From positions 1 through 24,293 of the forward strand of contig CAYLQB010000006.1 in assembly GCA_964385745.1 (NCBI GenBank): a stretch of DNA of 24,293 nt, read 5' to 3'. The stretch's first letter is position 1; each line of letters opens with the position of its first letter. This DNA is from an uncultured Methanosarcinales archaeon. Its GTDB lineage: Archaea > Nanobdellota > Nanobdellia > Woesearchaeales > WAPY01. This document shows positions 18,534 through 24,293 of this stretch, in pieces. The position numbers were made by a program, and so were the translations under genes. The notes below the pieces were generated by a model. That model made no database searches, was not told where the DNA came from, and saw only the letters and a program-made list of their open reading frames with translations.

Positions 18534-18858
18534 AATCCCACCTTTTACATTTTAGTTTTAATTATTCTCCAAAAATATCTAACACCTATGAGAGCAAAAT
18601 CCTCTTTCATAAACACAGATTTTGCATACTCACAAACAAAAACAACAGGAATAAACCCTCATTCGAGCACAGCTCTCATCAATCATAGGCAAGAGTAGTG
18701 GATTACAGACCTATTTATAAATGTTTTGTTTGGAACAAGAAATACAAAGTTTATAATTCTCTCCTATAACATAGCAAAAAAACATTTTAAAAGAGGAGCA
18801 TATTATTAGGTTATAACAGTTTGTGGGAAGAGGACATTGTAAATAAAAATCACCCGCC

Positions 18859-18868
18859 CTTTATAATG
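18859..18868 (+). promoter_or_regulatory. TATA-box candidate for the pilin gene cluster
   Basis: CTTTATAATG is centred about 39 nt upstream of the ATG at 18903. It lies inside the 369-nt divergent intergenic region shared with rpl7ae. Confidence 0.3.
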
Positions 18869-18902
18869 AACCAAGAAGTATAAGAGGAGTATAAGAATCC
18901 AA

Positions 18903-19322
18903 ATGATATCAAAAAGTACGAAAAAAGGGCAAGTAAGTATCGAATTTATGGTTGTTGTAGGTCTCATGCTTTTAGTTCTCGTGCCATTAATCATCGCTTA
19001 CTATGAGAATACTCGAGCATCATCCAATACTATACAGAGCGAACAACTCGACAAGGTCGCCAAGGAAATAACAGACACAGCAGAAACAGTTTACTATATG
19101 GGAGAACCTTCAAAAATTACAATTCAAGCATACATTCCCCACGGAGTTGAGAGTGTTTCAATCAGCAACAATGAGATAGTTTTTAAGGTTGTTAGAGGGG
19201 ATAATACCTCTGATATAGTTAGTGTTTCAAAGGTCAACATATCTGGCTCAATAAGCAACTCAGAAGGAATACACAATATCATTCTGGAAGCAAAGGAGGG
19301 CTATGTTGAGATTAATGGTTAA
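18903..19322 (+). CDS. Archaeal type IV pilin-like protein (class III signal peptide, QxSxE type)
   Basis: The N-terminus is MISKSTKKG|QVSIEFMVVVGLMLLVLVPLII: a basic leader, Gly at -1, Gln at +1, Ser +3, Glu +5, then a hydrophobic helix. This is the DUF361/Class_III-signal pattern QxSxExxxL. The remainder looks beta-rich. Confidence 0.75.
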   Translation: MISKSTKKGQVSIEFMVVVGLMLLVLVPLIIAYYENTRASSNTIQSEQLDKVAKEITDTAETVYYMGEPSKITIQAYIPHGVESVSISNNEIVFKVVRGDNTSDIVSVSKVNISGSISNSEGIHNIILEAKEGYVEING

Positions 19323-19746
19323 TAAGGTGTCTAAATTGCCTAACAGAGAAGGAAATAAAAAAGCTCAGATTACCCTTGAATTCATACTCTTATTTAGTAT
19401 AGTGTTTTTTCTTTTTATCGGCTTGGAAAAGGTCATAAGTGTCAGGATAGGACTTAGAAGAGACGCAAAGATAAACAATGCTCTGGAGGACATTGGAGGA
19501 GTGGTTAAAGATGAAATTTCTAATGCTCAGAAAGCAGTTGGTGATTACTCAAGAACATTCGATATCCCTGATAACCTGTTCGGAATGAATTACAGTATCA
19601 ATATTGAAAATCAATTTTTAGTAGTTGAATATGACAAATATCAGTTTATTACATTAGTAGAAAATATCAGCGGACAACCAAAACCTGGCAGTAATATTAT
19701 AAGAAAAATCAACAAGAAGATTTGCATAAATACAGAATGCACTTAA
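19303..19746 (+). CDS. Archaeal type IV pilin-like protein (class III signal peptide, QxTxE type)
   Basis: ...NKKA|QITLEFILLFSIVFFLFIGL. The start is uncertain. The ATG at 19303 overlaps the upstream gene by 20 nt. The ATG at 19315 gives an ATGGTTAA start/stop overlap. An in-frame TTG at 19336 has the best SD geometry (AAGGTG, 6 nt, TTG) and would give a 10-aa leader. Confidence 0.7.
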   Translation: MLRLMVNKVSKLPNREGNKKAQITLEFILLFSIVFFLFIGLEKVISVRIGLRRDAKINNALEDIGGVVKDEISNAQKAVGDYSRTFDIPDNLFGMNYSINIENQFLVVEYDKYQFITLVENISGQPKPGSNIIRKINKKICINTECT

Positions 19747-19836
19747 TAACCTCAAAATAGAATGACCAATTATAAGAAGTGGGTAAGCATACATTAAATA
19801 AGAATTAATATAAACTCAAAGTAAACATACAGGTTA

Positions 19837-20349
19837 ATGAAGATGAACAAGAAAGCACAGGTCTGGATACTTGATTTTATTATAGGATTTTTATTCTTCA
19901 CAACGGCTTTAATTGTATTCTTCAAGTATACTCCTAATCTTTACTTGAAAACAGACACAGGGGATTTACTAAATGAAGCAAAAATGCTCTCAGATAAATT
20001 TATGAGTTCAGGAATGCCTGAAAATTGGGAAGAATTAAACCTGAACAATGAAGAGAACATGTCAAGAGTATCTTATTTTGGAATAACAAATGACAACTTC
20101 AGGATTAACAATTCCAAGTTAAACAGAATAATGAACATTACAAACACCAGCTACGATGAGGTAAGGATTAAACAAGGACTTAAGTATGACTTCTTTGTCG
20201 AATTAACCCAGAGGGGTAATGTTAAGGTAAGTTTTGGTCATGATTTTGAGCCAGAGTACAACAAGATAAAGAATCTGGTTAAGGTTGAGAGAATTGTAAT
20301 TTTAAACAGCACAGTAAGCAAATTGAAGATAATAGTATTTGAAGAGTAA
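19837..20349 (+). CDS. Pilin-like protein with a variant class III signal peptide
   Basis: MKMNKKA|QVWILDFIIGFLFFTTALIVFF: basic leader, Ala at -1, Gln at +1, an acidic residue at +6, and a hydrophobic helix. By SD spacing (AGGT upstream) the second ATG at 19843 is the more likely start. Confidence 0.6.
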   Translation: MKMNKKAQVWILDFIIGFLFFTTALIVFFKYTPNLYLKTDTGDLLNEAKMLSDKFMSSGMPENWEELNLNNEENMSRVSYFGITNDNFRINNSKLNRIMNITNTSYDEVRIKQGLKYDFFVELTQRGNVKVSFGHDFEPEYNKIKNLVKVERIVILNSTVSKLKIIVFEE

Positions 20350-20401
20350 ATTAAAAGTATAAAACAAAAAAGATAATTACAGCAAAAAGGATAAGATAAA
20401 T

Positions 20402-23212
20402 ATGAAAAAGAGAGAGAAGAGAAAAAACAGGAATGCCAGCTGGCATCGAGGAAAAAAGAACTGCAGGGGAATCTTTTTTTCCATAGATGGAATACTCGCA
20501 TCAGGAATAATCATACTGGCTTTAATACTCTTATCAAGCTTTTACTTAAACAAACCCAACACAGTAAACATGAATTACAATGCAGAGGACCTTGCTGGCG
20601 TATTATCAAACATAAAAGTTGGGGAGTTGAACAATAGCTACAAAGATTACTTAATCAACAGCAGCATAATAAAGGATTATGACTTGAACAAGTCAATTCT
20701 TGAGATTATTGGGAAATTGTATGTTACAGGACATGAAGCAGAGGCATCAGAATTATTCCAGAATATAAGCTCTGGCTTATTTGATAACAGGGGCTATGGA
20801 TTGTATCTAGATAAGAACACTATCTTTGAAAAAAATCTTTCCAACAAAGAGAGAAACAATATCATAAGCTTCCCAAGGGTAATATCCGGAATTGAAGAGG
20901 AAAAACCAATTGAGGGGTACACAGCCAGAGCATTCATCAAATCGATAGATGGAAAAACATTTTCAAATTATATTTTCTTCGGAGGATTAGAAGGACAGGG
21001 CAACTTAACCACACGAATGGAACTGCCTGATTTCACAAACATAACAAAAATTTATTTAGAGTTTGATGCCGAGAGCAACTTCTCGCTTTTCATAAACAAC
21101 AATTCTGCAGGGACTTTCCCGCAGGGGTGCACTGGCGGTGGTTTTATGAGAGCGTACAAGTGCTATGTTAATGAATCATACTTTAATTTACTCCATCAGG
21201 GAACAAACAAAATTGAGATAAGATTCAACAATGATTTAAACCACTCTTATATAGGAGGTGGATTTTTGAGGGTCAATTTCGATACTACCAACTTGAACTA
21301 TTCTGACATCAACTACAATGAAGATGAGAACTTAGCATCACAAAGGGACTGGTTAATAGGTGTCAAAGGAGTAATAAACAAATATTCTTCTCTTTATATT
21401 CCCGGAAATTTAACAGGGATGGAAATGTTTTTAAACTTCAGCGCGGATTACCCGTTGTTTGTAAACCTTGGAAACACAACAATCTACGATGGAAACATAA
21501 ACAATGACACAGGAAATGTAACTGTAATTCTGAATAATTCTAAGTTATCTTCAATGCTTAACTATAGCAACATATCGTTAAAAACCCTTCCTCTAAGAAT
21601 GGGACACACAGAAGTTAAGCAGGTAGGAATTATAGGCCACAAGGCAGATGTTGTTTTAATCACAGACCTCTCAGGGAGTATGAAATGGAGATTCGACTCT
21701 GATGACACAGGGACAGTAAGAAACTGCTCTGACCCTTTGCTCTATGACAACAGCACAAGAAGAATCTCAGTTGCCAAATGCCTGGACAAACAATTCGTCG
21801 ATGTTATAATGAATGAATCAAATCCAGGAAATAGAATGTGGCTGGTTGACTTCAACGACGACGCAAATTCATATTACAGCGACAACAAAAGCGATTTGGA
21901 GAACCATATTGACAATTATCCAGATGATCCGTCTGGCGGAACATGCATATGCTGTGCTGTTAATGAGGCATACAATATACTCAATGCAAATAGCAATTCA
22001 TCAAGAGATAAATTTGTCGTTGTGATGACAGATGGGCTGCCGACATATTGCTGTGGAAAAGAACTTGATTATTGTGTATGGTGGTGGTGTTATTATAAGT
22101 GCCAGACAACAGGGAATGCAACTTCATACCAATATTATTCTTCTAGTTGCGGAGGCGGTTCAGACGACTGCACAGGAAGTGACTGCGAAGGTCCAATAAA
22201 CTCATCTATATATTCTGCTTATAGAGTACATACTTACCAGAATGCGACAGTTGATACAATAGGATTCGGACCTGTATCAAACTGCACTAATGCGAACTAT
22301 ACACTAACAGAAATGGCATATGAAGGAAACGGAAGTTACTTCGCAAGCCAAGACCCAAGTAAACTAGCAAATATTTACTTAACTATCGCGCGCAGGATAA
22401 ACAACAAGTCAGCCATATATGAGTACCAGAGAATATTAGTCAATAATGTTACATCTGAATTGTACGACAATTCATACATCTTAATAAATTATACACCTTT
22501 AAACAAGCCATATGTCTACGGAAAGATTCCTTTAAGGATTGAAACAGACAGTTTTAACAACAATATTACACAGGGAGAATTTTTAGTTCCTGAGAATACG
22601 AGCGTAATAGAAGGGTATGCAACATCTTACTCTTCTTATTATTGGAGTAATAATCTTACAATAAACTCTAAACAGGTCTTTAACCTAAATGACTTTGGAA
22701 GCGAATACAACCTTTTGGGAGATCCCTTTATCATAAATATTCCTATCAATAAAATAAACATTGGGAACAATTCCGTTATTATAACGACCGCTTCAGCCCC
22801 CGGCAATTATACAGGAGGTTCTCCTGATGACAAAGTGATTTATACTCTGCTAATAAAAAATTTCGTCAGTTACTCTGCCGTTGAGTCAAAAGCAGAAGGA
22901 TGCAACTGGACTGTGTACTTTGAAGACGGGAGCAACACTACACTAATTGTCCCTGATAGTTACTCTGGTACTAATTACTGCATTTACAATGCTTCTATTT
23001 CTGGAACGCACTGCACTTACAACGGAGACAGCGAGACGAACGACGCAATAAACAAGGCAATATGCCAGCTTCTTACACAACTTGACCCGGATAAGAATGG
23101 AAAAATAAATGTCAAAGTATCACAGGATAATTTAAAATTAGATACTATAGTCATAAAAAGAGTCCCCTCACTCTGGGGGCCTGCTATCCTGAGATTAAAC
23201 ATATGGAACTAA
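20402..23212 (+). CDS. Large modular pilin-like surface protein with a von Willebrand factor A (vWA) domain: candidate tip adhesin
   Basis: 936 aa. A polybasic leader is followed by RG|IFFSIDGILASGIIILALILL. The vWA domain spans about aa 415-667 (nt 21644-22402) and has a complete MIDAS: DLSGS (21665-21679), GGT (Thr at 21941-21943) and MTDG (Asp at 22031-22033), then TIGFG. A Cys/aromatic-rich insert lies between them at nt 22046-22186. I hand-counted about 45 N-x-S/T sequons. Confidence 0.8.
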   Translation: MKKREKRKNRNASWHRGKKNCRGIFFSIDGILASGIIILALILLSSFYLNKPNTVNMNYNAEDLAGVLSNIKVGELNNSYKDYLINSSIIKDYDLNKSILEIIGKLYVTGHEAEASELFQNISSGLFDNRGYGLYLDKNTIFEKNLSNKERNNIISFPRVISGIEEEKPIEGYTARAFIKSIDGKTFSNYIFFGGLEGQGNLTTRMELPDFTNITKIYLEFDAESNFSLFINNNSAGTFPQGCTGGGFMRAYKCYVNESYFNLLHQGTNKIEIRFNNDLNHSYIGGGFLRVNFDTTNLNYSDINYNEDENLASQRDWLIGVKGVINKYSSLYIPGNLTGMEMFLNFSADYPLFVNLGNTTIYDGNINNDTGNVTVILNNSKLSSMLNYSNISLKTLPLRMGHTEVKQVGIIGHKADVVLITDLSGSMKWRFDSDDTGTVRNCSDPLLYDNSTRRISVAKCLDKQFVDVIMNESNPGNRMWLVDFNDDANSYYSDNKSDLENHIDNYPDDPSGGTCICCAVNEAYNILNANSNSSRDKFVVVMTDGLPTYCCGKELDYCVWWWCYYKCQTTGNATSYQYYSSSCGGGSDDCTGSDCEGPINSSIYSAYRVHTYQNATVDTIGFGPVSNCTNANYTLTEMAYEGNGSYFASQDPSKLANIYLTIARRINNKSAIYEYQRILVNNVTSELYDNSYILINYTPLNKPYVYGKIPLRIETDSFNNNITQGEFLVPENTSVIEGYATSYSSYYWSNNLTINSKQVFNLNDFGSEYNLLGDPFIINIPINKINIGNNSVIITTASAPGNYTGGSPDDKVIYTLLIKNFVSYSAVESKAEGCNWTVYFEDGSNTTLIVPDSYSGTNYCIYNASISGTHCTYNGDSETNDAINKAICQLLTQLDPDKNGKINVKVSQDNLKLDTIVIKRVPSLWGPAILRLNIWN

Positions 23213-23273
23213 AATCAGATTTAACCAAAGAAACATAAGGTAAATAAGCACAGTAATCAGAACAATAAACAAG

Positions 23274-24293
23274 ATGACAAACAAAATGAAAAAGAACAAT
23301 AAGAAAAACAGGAAAAACACGGGCAAGAGGAGGATTAATAAGAAAGGTATCTTCTTTACACTCACCGCAATATTGCTTATGGCTCTTATATTATTAATTT
23401 CTACTTACACTTACTCATTTAAACTGAGAGACAGGGAAGAAGTAATATCATCAAGGATTGATACAATTAATAATTTTATAAAAGGAATTGACAGTGATCT
23501 CGACAGAGAAATTTACATATCCGGATTCAGAACCATACTCGGAATGCAGGATTATATGGAAGAGAAGGGAGAATTCTTCAACAACAGTCAGGAGGCATTC
23601 AAAGAAATTTTTTTGTATGGAAAATATGGAAATGAAACAATCGACATAATGAATGACACAAGTTTTACAAATTGGAGTAACAGAATGAAAGACAAAGCAG
23701 AAGAACTTAATATTATAATAAACTTCACAAATGTTAGTTTTAAGGTCTTTCAGGATGAGCCATGGGGTATAAAAATAAACATGATAATTAAATCAGAGAT
23801 TAAAGATGTAAATGGTTTAGCATATTGGAATTATACTTTCAACAAAAACAACAGCATAAGCATAATTGGATTTGAAGATCCGCTGTATACAATAGGGACT
23901 TATGGAAAAGTGAGCAACATAATAAATAAAACACCCTACGAGCATTTTGTCATTGGAAACAACACGAATAATCTGCTCAACCACTTAAACAGGTCCTATT
24001 ACAAAGAATCAACAACAGCCCCTGACTTTTTAATGAGATTCTCAAATAATCTGTCAAATTCATCTTATGGCATAGAAAGCATGGTAAATGTTCAGAAACT
24101 TATTGACTCCGGGCTTACAACAAAAACAAAAAGCGTTGTTGATTATATATACTTTGGAAATAGAAGTACAAGCAATTTGTGCATAAACAACACAAAGGCA
24201 GATCCGGACATGCCAAGCTGGTTTAGATTGGACCAGGATGATAATCATGTATCAAGCTACGAAACGAGTGACATAAGTGAGACCTGTCATTAA
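23274..24293 (+). CDS. Pilin-like protein with a long polybasic leader (related N-terminus to the vWA protein)
   Basis: MTNKMKKNNKKNRKNTGKRRINKKG|IFFTLTAILLMALILLIS shares the G|IFF[ST][IL] junction with the previous gene. I hand-counted 15 N-x-S/T sequons in 339 aa. The stop codon TAA forms the last three bases of the window. Confidence 0.55.
   Translation: MTNKMKKNNKKNRKNTGKRRINKKGIFFTLTAILLMALILLISTYTYSFKLRDREEVISSRIDTINNFIKGIDSDLDREIYISGFRTILGMQDYMEEKGEFFNNSQEAFKEIFLYGKYGNETIDIMNDTSFTNWSNRMKDKAEELNIIINFTNVSFKVFQDEPWGIKINMIIKSEIKDVNGLAYWNYTFNKNNSISIIGFEDPLYTIGTYGKVSNIINKTPYEHFVIGNNTNNLLNHLNRSYYKESTTAPDFLMRFSNNLSNSSYGIESMVNVQKLIDSGLTTKTKSVVDYIYFGNRSTSNLCINNTKADPDMPSWFRLDQDDNHVSSYETSDISETCH

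Noticed and set aside
18163-18555. 130-aa + strand ORF antisense to rpl7ae
   Set aside because: It mirrors a conserved ribosomal protein gene. The Ser/Thr/Ala-rich translation is typical of an antisense frame.
18806-18994. 62-aa minus-strand ORF overlapping the first pilin gene's start and its promoter region
   Set aside because: It overlaps the well-supported class III signal-peptide coding region on the opposite strand. It has no SD and no recognisable features.
1-24293. Window-wide look for CRISPR arrays, IS elements, transposases, integrases, rRNA or tRNA genes, and known toxin-antitoxin or defence-type domains
   Set aside because: None was seen. The only repeats are two short AT-rich or 12-nt duplications. 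No ORF shows DDE, tyrosine- or serine-recombinase, Cas or restriction-modification motifs by eye. Divergent members cannot be excluded without profile searches.

Overview
This window looks like an AT-rich archaeal fragment. The gene content and small-genome style suggest a DPANN-like or other small-celled archaeon, but no taxon can be assigned from the sequence alone. All calls come from reading the ORF translations and the DNA by eye; no searches were run.

Gene content from left to right:
- 176-3839 (- strand): housekeeping genes, namely a long-form dCTP-deaminase-family protein, a class I/II aminotransferase and HtpX.
- 3865-9143: LemA and a 722-aa polytopic FlaJ/TadC/PilC-like platform protein (- strand), transcribed divergently from a 764-aa FlaI/PilB/VirB11-family secretion ATPase (+ strand). 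Together the platform and ATPase form the core motor of an archaeal type IV filament.
- 9302-10928 (+): two small coiled-coil proteins and an 88-aa PRC-barrel protein.
- 11188-12432 (+): an unrecognisable, cysteine-free, very basic 414-aa orphan.
- 12624-18533 (-): a conserved archaeal translation block, L7Ae-S28e-L24e-NDK-EF2-EF1alpha-S10.
- 18903-24293 (+): five consecutive genes whose products all begin with class III (prepilin-like) signal peptides.

The best candidate for an undescribed system is this split type IV pilus-like adhesion apparatus. One of the five prepilin-like proteins is 936 aa and sequon-dense. It carries a von Willebrand A domain with an intact MIDAS motif, interrupted by a Cys/Trp/Tyr-rich insert. 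No prepilin peptidase lies in the window, and the pilin locus may continue past the right edge.

I saw no tRNA, rRNA, CRISPR array, transposase or integrase.
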